A program made the translations under genes and the position numbers. This document shows, in pieces, positions 13,463 through 26,716 of a stretch of 64,000 bases of DNA. The stretch's first letter is position 1, and each line of letters starts with the position of its first letter. Under the pieces are notes generated by a model. It was not told the DNA's origin. It did not search any database and was given only the letters and a program-made list of their open reading frames with translations. The stretch is from Octopus vulgaris. Its lineage: Eukaryota. The stretch is from NCBI GenBank assembly GCA_951406725.2, contig OX597815.1:145700001-145764000 (forward strand), in the 5' to 3' direction.

Positions 13463-14891
13463 TGCGCATGCGTTGGTTAGTTGCTTCCACACTGAATGCT
13501 GTCAAGACGTGCTTCGTAGCCGTCTTGAAGTGAAGAACGTTTGAATGCGCGACTGTAAGGTAGGCATCTGTTATTTGGGGGGATTTAGTGGGGTTTGTTG
13601 TTTGATATTGTTTTTCTTGTTTCAAATACGAAATCCTCACTGGGTCCTGGATATTTGTCTGCCTGCAGTCGCGCTAAGTGACTCACTTAGTTGTGAGAAT
13701 TGTTGTTTGGGGGCATGTCTTGCTTTCGAAAAATTGTGAAATTTTGAAAAATTCTACCAAATTTGTGGAGAATTTTTTGTGTTCCTACTGCTGTGACCCT
13801 GGAGTACCTGTTTGGAGTACCTTTTTTTGGAATACTCTTTGGCCAGGATTACCGGGTGGCTGGAATTATGCTGCCGTGACTTGAACTGTATTCTTTTTTT
13901 CTCTACTCTGTCTTTCTGTTCTTTTTTGTGTTTTTGAACTTTATTTTGACTTTTTGTTTTGAACTGTTATTGGACTTTTTTCTGCAAGCATGGCAAAGGT
14001 CAACACTGTGTTGGAGTGGGAGATCGTACCCCACAAGCAGTGGTTGAAAGACTTAAACGAGAGAACGGTGATGTTGAGGACTTATTTTAAGTCACTCGAC
14101 ACATCACGGTGTTCCCTCAAATTGAAATTGAAAAATAATTGGGCCGGAGAGAGGAGACCATGTCATGGACTGAAGACCCAGATTGGCCTCCGCAGGTGAC
14201 TACGGAGGTCATCTCGAACGTCGATATGTTCAGGGTGATGGATTCCTTTCCGAAGGACCAGTTTAGGGTCGCCTTCTGGGGCCCCGACCTGGAGCTGGAG
14301 CATTGCCTGCATGCAGCCTGGTCGGGGAGGAAGGATAAAAAGGCTTTCAGTGCCTAAATGTTTATTGTTTGTAAGAGAATTGTGCCACCGACGGTAGAAG
14401 TGACTATCTCACCCCCTAATGGAGAAGAATTACTTGTCTTCTACAGGGGTGGGGAGGTGGAGAAGTACCGAGAGGGAATAGTTCTGGCCTGCACACGGGA
14501 TCCCGAATGGCTTCTGCAGATAGCTGTGGAGGTCATAAAGGTGCCCGTAGTGCAAAGGCTGAAGGAACTCAGAGAGAAGTATCGGTTATGGCCGGGTGGA
14601 ACCGGCATGACACACGCTTTATGCATGAGTGAGGCATGGGAAATGGCGGGATACGGGGTCAGAAGAGATACTGAATTTGAAAAAGATGTTGAAGAAGAGG
14701 ACTACGGGTAAGAGGTAGGAAAGCCTCGTCATTGTAATATTCTAAAAAGATCATTGTTTTCGGAAGACGGCGGTCGGCAGGCGCTGTTCGCTTCCCTCAT
14801 TCATATTTTTATATTCATTTCATCCTATTAATGTAATTGTCCAGCCCGCAGTTACTCTATGTTATGCCCCTGTGGCAAATTGTATGAAATA
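13463..14891 (+). mobile_element. TSD-flanked non-LTR-type insertion with a disrupted ORF and no recognisable RT
   Basis: 15-bp duplication aagttgcttccttac (13448-13462) / aagtagcttgcttac (14892-14906). Terminal AATAAA. GC-richer interior with chained ORFs at 13990-14711. Confidence 0.8.
13990..14711 (+). pseudogene. Broken ~240-codon ORF (one frameshift near 14140, one in-frame TAA at 14355-14357), possibly LINE ORF1-like
   Basis: ORFs 13990-14199, 14139-14357 and 14358-14711 give complex, non-repetitive peptides. The last two share a frame. Confidence 0.6.
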
Positions 14892-15031
14892 AAGTAGCTT
14901 GCTTACTAACCACATGGTTCTCAGTTCAGTCCCACTGCGTGGAACCTTGGGAAAGTGTCTTCAACTATAGCCTCTAGCTGACCAAAGCCTTTTGAGTGGA
15001 TTTGGTAGCTGGAAACTGAAAGAAGCCCGTC

Positions 15032-15143
<112 letters not shown>

Positions 15144-15894
15144 TTGTGTGTCTGTGTTTGTCTCCCACCATCGCTCGACAACCGATACTGGTGTCTTTAC
15201 CTCCCCGTAACTTAGCGGTTCGGCAAAAGAGAACCGATAGAATAAGTACTAGGCTTACAAAGAATAAAGTCCTGTGGTTGATTCGTTCGAATCAACCACA
15301 TGGCTGCTGTCACATGACTGAAACAAATAGAAGTGAGTGTAATTTGAGTTAGATATAGTTGTGATCTCTGGCAGGGCGATGAACGATTCTTAATTCTACG
15401 TTGAGGAGTCAGGTGTAGTTTCTTGATTGCGAGAGGCTCTCCGAATATCTGGTAAACAATGTGGAACCCTTCTCCAGGCTTTCTATTGTGTTGATAGTTA
15501 ATCAAGTGGAAATGTAGAAATGCATAGCTTCAATGATTTTAAAAGGAATTCCCACTCCCATTCCCCCGCCTCTTCTTCTTCTTCTTCTTCTTCTTCTTCT
15601 TCTTTTTCTTCTTCTTCTTTTTCTTCTTCTTCTTCTTCTTCTTCTTTTCATATTTCTCTGTAATTTGCCTTCTCCTCCTGTCCCTCTACTTCATTTTCTC
15701 CTCTTGTTTTTTCCTCTTATCCCCTCCACATTGTCATATACACTTATATATTCTTTTACAGCAAAGCATTTGAGAGGGGCTTCAAAGTCTCGCCTTCCCC
15801 AAACTACACACTACACGCACATATGCACACACATTCACATACACACACACATAAATATCTGACACTAAATGTTGTTTAAGACATCTGTGGTATT

Positions 15895-16085
15895 ACAGCT
15901 CAATATTTAAGAGATGAAGAATTATGTACATTATTTACATTATTTACATTACTTACATTTGACGGATATTTGTCTTCATCTTGTTTGTTGTTAACACAAC
16001 GTTTCGGCTGATATATCCTCCAGCCTTCATCAGGTGTCTTGGGGAAATTTCGAACCTGGGTTCTCATTCCCAAGGTATTTTTTGA
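15895..16085 (-). mobile_element. Short Penelope-like terminal-repeat fragment
   Basis: Contains a hammerhead core and an (aatgtaaat)-type tail. Abuts (TAA)n. Confidence 0.6.
15993..16038 (-). ncRNA. Minimal hammerhead ribozyme motif, canonical core
   Basis: gacac CTGATGA a ggctg gaggatatat cagcc GAAAC GTT gtgtt. Stem II ggctg/cagcc, stem I gacac/gtgtt. Confidence 0.75.
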
Positions 16086-16149
<64 letters not shown>

Positions 16150-16696
16150 GAGTGAGAGAGCAGTGCATGCCGTCAAAGTGACACTGGGGTAAAATATACG
16201 AAGCCCAGTATACCCATCATGACTAGCCGTCTGATAAGGGTACACCAGGCACATGCATCACAACCATATGTGCGCGACATGGTGATCTCATATCAAGATA
16301 AACAGTGCATGACCTTACAGGTGGGGCCCAGTTAGAATTTTCTTCTGGTCGAGTAGCCCATCCCACTCAAAACGTCCCTGAATTGTTTAAGGATGTTGAC
16401 CGAATCACTCATGTTTCCAAAGGTAAATTATCCAAAATCCGAGAATACCTTTCAACACATGGCTATGATGCTCCCCCACTACTTCTGTTCGTGGTCAGAG
16501 ATGCATATATCGTCAGTCACTAAGGGACATGGTCAACAGGTTAAGGTCAAACAACCGACAAGCAAATCTGTGGTATTGAGCAGAATATTTGCTGTAGTCC
16601 ATCTTTTATACCGAGACAAAGCAATGTATATGATAATACTTCCAATCAGTTAAGATCAGAAGTCATGAGAGCCACTGTCTGGTACTGCATCAGAAC

Positions 16697-16700
<4 letters not shown>
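16150..16700 (-). mobile_element. ~550-bp non-coding retroposon (family T) flanked by (TAA)n on both sides
   Basis: Homologous to 19005-19400, 27828-28320 and 35625-36032. Strand assigned by inference from the ...ctctctcactc(AAT)n end. Confidence 0.85.
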
Positions 16701-16763
<63 letters not shown>

Positions 16764-16879
16764 TTATTATTATTCAGATCACTGCTGGAATCGAACTCAG
16801 AATCTTGGGGTTAGTTGCCAGTGCTCTTAACCACTACACCATATGCCCACGGGTATATGGCGTAGTGGTATTATTTCCA

Positions 16880-17111
16880 TTTAGAACTATTCTTAATTTC
16901 CTTTTGACTCTGGTGATACGTGTGCAAATGAGTCGGCGATGCGTTCCTTCAAATGATTTATGTCTTTTATCTTTCTTCGATACACCATGCCTTTCAAATG
17001 TCCCCCAAAGATAGAAATCAAGAGGGGTCAGATCAGGGAATTTAGGGGATCTTATAAACTGTCTCTTATAAAAATATATATATCTTTCCTATGTATGGAG
17101 ACTTTTGAATC

Positions 17112-17117
<6 letters not shown>
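16880..17117 (-). mobile_element. Tc1/mariner (rosa/Tc3-like) transposase relic with one TIR
   Basis: Minus strand encodes PDLTPLDFYLWG(fs)HLKGMVYRRKIKDINHLKERI. TIR-like gacttttgaatcaccctaTA at ~17100-17117. Confidence 0.75.
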
Positions 17118-17161
<44 letters not shown>

Positions 17162-18177
17162 TACAACATCCACTGCAAAGGCTATGTTCAGCTCGAGGGA
17201 AACTTTAGCATGATACCACTCAGTGAGACTGAACCCTGAACCGTGTGGTTGGAAAGTAAACTTCTGAACACACAGCCTCGCTTCACCTTTTGTATTTAAA
17301 AAATGGTGCCACAGTTATTTAAAAAGGCGATGAATGAACTTGTGGGCTTCTACAAACTAAGCTTGTGGATGTCGAAAATTTAGTGTGTTAATGCCCCAAG
17401 AAGCAAAACATTCATGATATATCAATGAGGATGGAAATATTCAACTGGTTGCATGTTTCAGGACAGTTTCCTGTTGTTCGATATTCTATCACTTTGATAT
17501 CTATAAAGGGAAATATTTTTCAGTCTTTACCAAATTGCATTCGAATAATCTATGTACAGGAAACAGTGTCCAGAATCTTCTCAGGTTTACCATAACGTTT
17601 ATGGTGATCCACGGATATTAAGTGGATCATCTTGTCGTTAATTTTCGCGGGTTAGTTGCAGGGTCTGCTGTTTTATAATATATGAGACAGGGGAATCGAA
17701 GCATTAAGAAATACAAATGGGAATAATGAATCACCTTTTAATTTCAACATTTACCAGCTTGTCTTGGTCACATGTCGGCTTGACCTGCGAAACTATCATC
17801 TTGAGAAAGGATGCTAAATTATTAATATTATTGTTGTTGTTGCTGTTGTTTTTGATATTGCCCTTTTGTATCGCTTTTTGTGTTGCGTCCGCGTACACGT
17901 CCCTACGTCTTGAATATTGCAACCAATAAAACATAGTATCATTATAATAACCTCCACCATCTCTTCCTTAATTAACTAATTGATTAATTACTGCTCACCG
18001 ATAATTTTATTGATTATTATTAAATTTTTTTTTTCCTTTTACAAAATTTATATAAACACTTACTGTGTTGTGCCCTATTGTTTTGTATAAATGCCTTTGA
18101 CATTTAGCCTTTATAGTTGATAAAAAATTGTCATTACTATTATTATTGGTAGTAGTAGTCGCAGCAACATCAGTAGT

Positions 18178-18208
<31 letters not shown>

Positions 18209-18214
18209 TTAGTG

Positions 18215-18261
<47 letters not shown>

Positions 18262-18290
18262 TGTTGTTGTTGTTGATGTAGTAGTAGTAA

Positions 18291-18722
18291 GGCGGCGAGC
18301 TGGCAGAAACGTTAGTACGCCGGGCTAAATGCATAGCCGTATTTCGTCTCTGTACTTAGCCCCTTATGGGTAATAAAGAAATAGATATTTCGTCTGCCGC
18401 TACGTTCTGAGTTCAAATTCCGCCTAGGTCGACTTTGCCTTTCATCCTCGATTAAATAAGTACCAGTTACGCACTGGGGTCGATATAATCGACTTAATCC
18501 GTTTGTCTGTCATTGTTTGTCCTCTCTGTGTTTAGCCCCTTGTGGGTAGTAAAGAAATAGGTATTTCGCCCGTTGCTTCGCGTTGAGTTCAAATTCCGCC
18601 GAGGTTGACCTTGCCTTTCATCGGTTCGAGGTCGATAAACTAAGTGCCAGTTCAATACTGGGGTCAATGTAATCGGCTGTCCCCATCCCCTAAATTTCGG
18701 GCCTTGCGTCTATAGTAGAAAG
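18291..18722 (+). mobile_element. SINE family B, internally reiterated composite
   Basis: ggcggcgagctggcagaaacgttag..gagttcaaattccgcc..gtcgactttgcctttcatcc. The gagttcaaattccgcc block and the tagcccctt..aaagaaatag block each occur twice. Confidence 0.85.
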
Positions 18723-18723
18723 G

Positions 18724-18774
<51 letters not shown>

Positions 18775-18844
18775 AGTTTTGCCACAAGAAGAGCAAGTCC
18801 AACGGGAGGGAATAAGTCGATTACATCGATCTCATCAAGCATCA

Positions 18845-19550
18845 TCATCGTCTTCAACCTCTGTCTCGTCCTTCTCTTCACTGACCCAATAATATTGCAG
18901 CTTTGAATTTCTTTTCCTGCGCATGAGCAAATGCTGTTTTCGAAATTTGTCGTTTTAACATTTTGTTTGTTATTTTCATTTTATCTCTATTTTTAGTTTA
19001 AAACCTGACCTTGAGGGTGGGACCTAGCTTGAATATTTTTCTGGTCGAGTTGCTTAACTCGCTTAAAAGGTCCCTGAATAAGGATTGTTTAAGGTGGCTG
19101 AACGAAACACCCATGTTTCCAGTGGTGAATTATCCAAACCCCAAAGAATTCATCTCAACACAGGGCTATGGTGCTCCCCCACGATTTTTGCTCGTGATAA
19201 GAGATGCACATATCTTCAGCCACTCAGTGACATGCTCAACTGGTTATGGTCAAACAGCTAACAAGCAAATCCGTCGCACTGAGCAGATATTTGCTGTATC
19301 CCATCTTTTATACCAAGACAAAACAATGTACATGATAACACTTCCAATCAGTTAAGATGAGAAACCACAAGAGTCACTGCCCGGTACTGCGTCAAGGTTA
19401 TAATTATTATTATTACTATTCGCCAAGGTCGACTTTGCTTTTCATCTTTCGGAATCGATAAATTAAGTACCAGTTGAGTACTGAGGGTAGGGGTCGATGT
19501 AATTGATTTACCCCTCCTCTCAAATTTCTGGCCTTGGTCCTATAGTAGAA

Positions 19551-19600
<50 letters not shown>

Positions 19601-19609
19601 TATTATTAC

Positions 19610-19684
<75 letters not shown>

Positions 19685-19728
19685 CATTATTATTATTATT
19701 ATTATTAATATTATTATTATTATTACTA

Positions 19729-19786
<58 letters not shown>

Positions 19787-19992
19787 GATTATGACAATGC
19801 TGATGCTAATGCTGCTACTGCTGATGATGATGATGATCATCGTCTTTGACCTCTGTCTCGTCCTTCTCTTCACTGACCCAATAGTATTGCAGCTTCGAAT
19901 TTCTTTTCCTGCGCATGAGCAAATGCAATTTTCGAAATTTGTCGTTTTAACATTTTGTTTGTTATTTTCATTTTATCTCTATTTTTAGTTTA
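18845..19992 (+). repeat. Direct duplication of a ~155-bp unique segment (18845-19000 and 19837-19992)
   Basis: atcatcgtctt..acctctgtctcgtccttctcttcactgacccaata...ttatctctatttttagttta occurs twice with few mismatches. Confidence 0.9.
19005..19400 (-). mobile_element. Family T retroposon, truncated copy
   Basis: Colinear with 16310-16700. Confidence 0.8.
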
Positions 19993-20061
19993 TAATACTG
20001 AACACATTTTGAAATTGAATATAACTAAATCGGAAAAGAAAACACATACAGAGACACCTCC

Positions 20062-20361
<300 letters not shown>

Positions 20362-21048
20362 AATGACAGAATCAAAATGATAACAAGAATAGAAAGCAAA
20401 ACTGCCGCGGCAGCAGCGGCAGGAAAAGCAGCACCAGCAACAACAACAACAACAACAGCAAGAATTATAACAACACAAAGAGCAAAAAGAATATCATATT
20501 AATAAGAAGACAGTTACGAAAAAAAACAAAACAAACTACATAGTGTGAGTGCTACATGTCTAAGCAATAGAATATACGATATATAAATCCTAAGTTGGCT
20601 GACTTATTCGGTGAAAACAGCTCAGTTTGAAGATCTGAATAAATCACACGAAATAAAGAAGGAAAACAATTTTCCAAAAACAGTTACTGTAGAAAACGAA
20701 AATAAAATTAAAGCGAAAAAATGAAAGAAGAAAAAAAAAACAAAACAAAACAAAGACGACAACAGCATTGACAGAAACAACTAGAACGACAACGATGACG
20801 ACGACAACATCAATGACAAGAAGAAAATTAGAAACACTATATGAAACTGCTTAAAACTTGACATGAAATTGACTAGCAAAATATATGCTAATCTCGTTGT
20901 CATTTTCATGTGATGAATGATTGAGAAGCAATGGTGGAAAGCAATCTTAATATGTAATCTACGCTAGTTTTAGATAGACAGATAGATACAGGATTAAAGA
21001 TAGAGAGAGCTACGCACGCGCACACACACACAAATATATATATACGTA

Positions 21049-21125
<77 letters not shown>

Positions 21126-21268
21126 GTACGTATTGTACGTATGTATATATATATATATATGGATATATATATATATATATATATGTATGTATTTATGTGT
21201 GTGTATATATATATATATATATATACGCCCACACAGACACACGTACAGACACACGCACAGACACACAT

Positions 21269-21299
<31 letters not shown>

Positions 21300-21377
21300 C
21301 GCATGTGTTTGTATATATATATATGTACATACATATATATATATGTATATATATACATATATATATATGTATGGATA

Positions 21378-21411
<34 letters not shown>

Positions 21412-21550
21412 CGCATGCATATATACATACACACACACACACATATATATATATATACACACACATGCATGTATACGTGTATGTGCAGATAGATAATTAG
21501 ATAAATAGAGCGAAAGAGAGAGGCAGAGATATGTAAGTGGATGACATAGA

Positions 21551-21628
<78 letters not shown>

Positions 21629-22424
21629 AAAGAGAATGATAGGGACTGAGCGAATGAGTGAGACTGAAAAACATGGAGTGTGAGAGAGATATAAACATAG
21701 AAAGTGAAAGAGAAGGAAAGTCTGAATGATTGCATATTAAAAAGCAGAACTACGTGAACGGTTAATACTGTCAATGATCTGATTAGTGAATTCACATAGA
21801 TTTCATTGATATTTTTGCAGGAGTAAAAATACAACAAAGAATGGTAAAAGCACCAATAAGAATGGGGAAAATTGAATAAATATAAATAAAAATAGAGAAG
21901 TTTCTAGAAACGATCGACCAAAAGCAGCTAAATGTGTAATTTGCTTTATATTTGTTATGTTTTTTAAACGATGCATTTTACCTATGAATCACTAAGTTAT
22001 ATTCCTAAATTTTCGATTGATTTATCGTTGAAAATAATAAACATGATACGTTTTCGGACCTAATAAATTCATCTTGTTTCGAATCCAATCGTCAAATATG
22101 GTAGGGTGGATAGATCCACACTTAGGCTTATCACGAGTCCTAAGGCCTATAAAGCAGGAATTATCCCAATTTAAGCGGCGTTTAAATGATTGGAAGAATT
22201 ACAACATTACACACCTCCTGAACAAGTCATCGGTCCACTACAAGTTGTAGTTCCCAGCTACTGCCGAACTGCAGCAACGTGAAATAAAGTGACTTGCTTA
22301 AGAACACTATGCATCGCCTGATCCTGGAATCGACCCCTCAAACTTATGATCTTGAGTTCATAAAAATATTAGAAAGATCCTCAGATTTGTTTAATAAATA
22401 TCAGTGGAAGAAGTTGGAGTCTAG

Positions 22425-22661
22425 CAGTGATTCTCAACCATTTCCTGCCTACGGGGCCGTTTAGTTCGTATTTTCCTCTACTGGACCCTCATAAATATTC
22501 GATGTTTTAAAAAATCGTATTATATTTTTCTCATTAAATATTATCAGGAATTCTATTAAAAAAATTGTTAAAATAATTTGTGTATTTTAGCAGTGTAAGT
22601 AATTTATTGCATATAAACTTTAACATCTAGATCCTGTATGGACGCCGGTTGAGAAACGCTG
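22425..22661. mobile_element. hAT (Charlie-like) MITE
   Basis: TIRs cagtgattctcaacc ... ggttgagaaacgctg. TSD not cleanly preserved. Confidence 0.7.
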
Positions 22662-22778
22662 CGGTAGACGAAGGTTCTGGATTATGGAATATAATGCTGA
22701 GTAGCAGACATTGTGACTGTTTAATTGAATTATTACTTGTGTGAGGACGCATATATTTGTATACACATGCGTAAGTGG

Positions 22779-22809
<31 letters not shown>

Positions 22810-22847
22810 GTGTGTGTGTGTGTCTGTGTGCGCACGCGTGTGTATGA

Positions 22848-23170
22848 AGGTGTGTGGCTTAGTGCTTAGGGCCTTTGGCTCGCGATCGTAAGGTCGTGAG
22901 TTCAATCCCCGGCGACGCTTTGTGTCCTTGAGCAAGACAGTTTATTTCACGTTGAACCAGTCCACTCAGCTGGCAAAAATGAGTAGTACTTATATTTCAA
23001 AAAAGAGCCAGCCTTGTCACACTCTGTTTTACGCTGAATCTCCATGAGAACTACGTTAAGGGTACATGTGTCTGTGGATTGCTCAGCCACTTGCACGTTT
23101 ATTTCACGATCAAGCTGTTCCGTTGATCGTATCATCTGGAATCCTCGTCGTCGTAATTGACGGAGTGTTC
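22848..23170 (+). mobile_element. tRNA-derived SINE family D
   Basis: ggtgtgtggcttagtgcttaggg..gagttcaatccc..gtgtccttgagcaagaca. 3' half (gccagccttgtcacac..ctacgttaagggtac..) is shared with family C. Confidence 0.88.
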
Positions 23171-23377
23171 CTTATATATATATATATATATATATGTGCG
23201 TGTATGTGTGTGTGTGTGTGTGTATAAACACCTATGTGTGTGTTTATGTGTATAAATATACACAAGCATTTCAATGTGTAATTTTGAATTACTCTCTATA
23301 AAAATAATGTGTGTTGTATAACCAGCCGTTAACTACATACGGGCATTTATCGATGATTCAAAATTTACCTCAGTTAC

Positions 23378-23503
23378 CTCGGATAGGGGTTTTTCCTTGA
23401 TGCAGTCCAAATGGACTAAGCCATTCGAAAATGAAAATGGACGCTCCTGTCGCATGAACGCTGAATACGAGGATCAAACACCAAGCTGGGTAGTCATAGG
23501 GCT
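23378..23503 (-). CDS. Nmdar2: NMDA receptor GluN2-type subunit, coding exon (M1 helix)
   Basis: tttcAG|AG CCC TAT...ATC CGA G|GTaac. 126 nt, phase 1/1, translating (E)PYDYPAWCLILVFSVHATGASIFIFEWLSPFGLHQGKTPIR. Completes SPTAFLEP and contains the FEWLSP motif of protostome GluN2. Not in the ORF track. Confidence 0.94.
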
Positions 23504-23778
23504 CTGAAAGTAAAAAAAGTACAAAAAGCTTTAGTGTATTTCAAACATATATACCTATACACGCACGCTCACATTTATTTAACGGCGTGACTTTATGATT
23601 TTATATATATATATATATCATGTATATAATGTCATCGAACATATTTTCTGGACTTCCAATTACGTGGACACTCTACAAGACGCTTCTTTGTAATTGTTTA
23701 CTATGTGGACTGTTAACTGAGTCCTTAAGAAGAGCTTTACGTGATTGTTGCACAATTCTCTGATCTTATGCTACCCTT

Positions 23779-23809
<31 letters not shown>

Positions 23810-23844
23810 CATACATACATACATACATACATACATACATACAC

Positions 23845-23896
<52 letters not shown>

Positions 23897-26716
23897 GTTT
23901 GGGAGGGTCATACTCCCAATGACATACGCACTGATTGAGCTCCACTTCTCTTTTTGTTATATTGTCAGGAGGAAACATTTATTGCTATAAAGGTTTCCTG
24001 ATAATCTTGACTTTTCCTATGATTTAAAATTTTCCAGCTGAATTTGTTGTTTCATCACTGTTTTGTTTACACTGTCCCTGTTTATTTTCACTTTCATGCT
24101 TTTGTTTATATTGGTGCTATATATGAACTTGTGCGTGTCTGCGTGCGTACGTGCATATAATATGCACATGTGTGCGGTTGTTGTTTGAATTTATATCTGT
24201 GCATGATGGCTGTCATTAGTTGAGTTATGTTACGCTCATTCCTGTGTTGATGTTGTGGACGTGGGTGAAGTTGTTATTCTACTCATTCTCTCAGTTTTGT
24301 ACGTGTGATCAAAATCTACTGCATGTATGTACAATGCCGCTGTAACCTTTCATAGTGTCGGATCATTTGAATCCGTGGAACGAATTTTTGATTTCCATAT
24401 TGCTGGTTGATCCATTGTACTCGATCCGTAGTCTATCCACATACTATATTGACGGTGCATGCGTTTATGGAGAGTATGACCATCCTAAAGTGAAGTAACA
24501 GTTTCAACTCAAGGTTTCAGATTAAACTATTACAAAATTATTTCAAAAAAGCTATAAGCGTGCGCCGGTGTTGTTTAGACGTGTGTTTAAGAGAAGCCTC
24601 GCAGAAAACATTTTCCTCTGTAAATATATATATGCATCATACCAATGTACATACATACATCACACACACAAATACAGATACACACACGCATATATATTTA
24701 CCTCTCTGTATAAACACGCATATGTGTTTATATAAATACATCTGTCTGTACGCGCGTGTATATGTATGTATATGCGTATGTTCTCAACGTACATCTAGTC
24801 TCAAGTAAACCATCTCTTACCGCCTTACGGCGCTTAAGCTGATGGCTTCGAACTTTTCACGTGGCCCATAAGAAACATCTACTCATGTATCTTGACTTAT
24901 CTTCCTATGCAAGTGATTTTGTGAAGCACAGACACTAAATATTCTCAATTCTAAGATCCTCAAGTAGTTTACTCATAAGTACAGAGCAAAATTGTCGGTG
25001 AAAGCATAGCTTATAGGGCTCGAAGACAATCACTACAGCCACAAGGTAGACAACCCTTAGTCAGTACTGCAAACAACCAGTCAAAACACGAAGGGTTCTT
25101 TACTGAGCCAAGAACTACTGCTGTCGCCCGAAATGAATGCGAAACAGTTGGTGCCTTGTAATCAGAGCCTCTAACAGCTTTGCAGAATCTTGGTTTCCTA
25201 ATCTTCCCAACCATGTTGGTTTTGGGAGAAGTACTAACAAGTTGAAAGCCATCATAATCACTGTCCATTTCGCATTTAACTATATACTGCACACACTATG
25301 TAAATCTACTCGAAACCTATTCCAGGATCACAACAATGAACACATACAAACCAAGGGCTAAAACATTTTCGGCTGCCTCGAACTTGTCAACGTTATTTTC
25401 GTTACTCTTGAGCGACGCAGTCTAGACCCTAGATCCTACCTTTATCTAACGCTCTCTCTGTCTGTCTCTGCCTGTCTGTCTGTCTTTGTCTCTCTCTCTG
25501 TCTCTCTCTGTCTCTCTCTCTCGCCCACTCTCTCTTTTCTCTGTAAGGAGGCATGTCAGTACTTGGAAACACGCTAGTACGATTCATACTCTGTTAAGCC
25601 AATCTCTCTGGCCCTAACAACCATCATTTCATCTCAGCTCCAAAACCTTGTAGTTATTTAAAAACGGTTGAATTTAAGCTGTTGAAACTTTCCATCTCTT
25701 TCATAAATCCACATACTCTGTGCCACTAATTTCCTATTGACTTATTCGTGACTTTATTTTGTACCTTTGCTCATCTTTTTTTTTCCCCCACACATTATAA
25801 TTATACTATATATTTTACTTGTAACCAGTTTCCCTTTATTCTGCACCAGCTATTTTTGTAATAATGCGCAATGTATTATATAACAGTCTTCACATTGTAG
25901 AAGACATCTTAAATATTGTATTTGTGGTAAATGCAATAATTCAATCTTAGTTTCAGATTTTTTTTTAATGTTTCTTTCCTATCTAGTTTTACTAATCCAG
26001 TTTGCTTCCAGTTCACAATGTAACCGCTACTTAACTTATTAAAACGAATTCATACGCAGCTAGTGTATGGATACCTATTATCTTATAGTTAACATCCACT
26101 TTAGTTTTATATATTATTATAATACGTGTAAATTATATATTTCTAACGCCTACTTTCATTTGTACTATGTATTTGTTTTTAGCTATTATTATATCTAAGC
26201 ATAATTATATCTAAATAGTTGTTTTATCTTTTAAATGACAAGTTTGCCTCTTATCTAATACATTAGTTCTTTTAATTAACATCTTCGTTTTTTTTTTGTT
26301 TTTGCTTTTTAAGGTTGTCTCGGTACACTTTTCTGAACTTAAACTTCAGTGTATCTTTGTTCTTATTTATTAGTCGTGTAATTTTGATTCGCTCTTTCAT
26401 TTGTGGCACATGTTCCAGTTCTTTATGCTCTGAGTTCGAATCCTGCAGAGGTCACCTTTATATGTTCCAGAATCTATAAAACAAAAGACCAACTGACTAA
26501 TTACATCAATCTAATCAACTTGTCTATTCTCTGAAGAATTTCTAGCATCCGGATCTTTGTTGTCCTGGTTTCGAATTCTCACCAAGATCAGCGTTGCTTT
26601 TTATCATTTCATGGTCGTTAAAATATAGAGTACCAATCAAATAATGGGGGTTGATGTTATGGACTCCCTCCCACCAACACAACAACTGATAGCTCTGTTT
26701 CAAAATTTGAAAGGAT

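Noticed and set aside
25011-25361. Complex-looking ORFs on both strands
   Set aside because: No recognisable domain or convincing splice context. Probably an old TE fragment that I cannot classify.
25540-25580. ctgtaagg...ggaaac hammerhead-like spacing (also an eroded one at 36830-36880)
   Set aside because: Core and stems are too degenerate to support a call.
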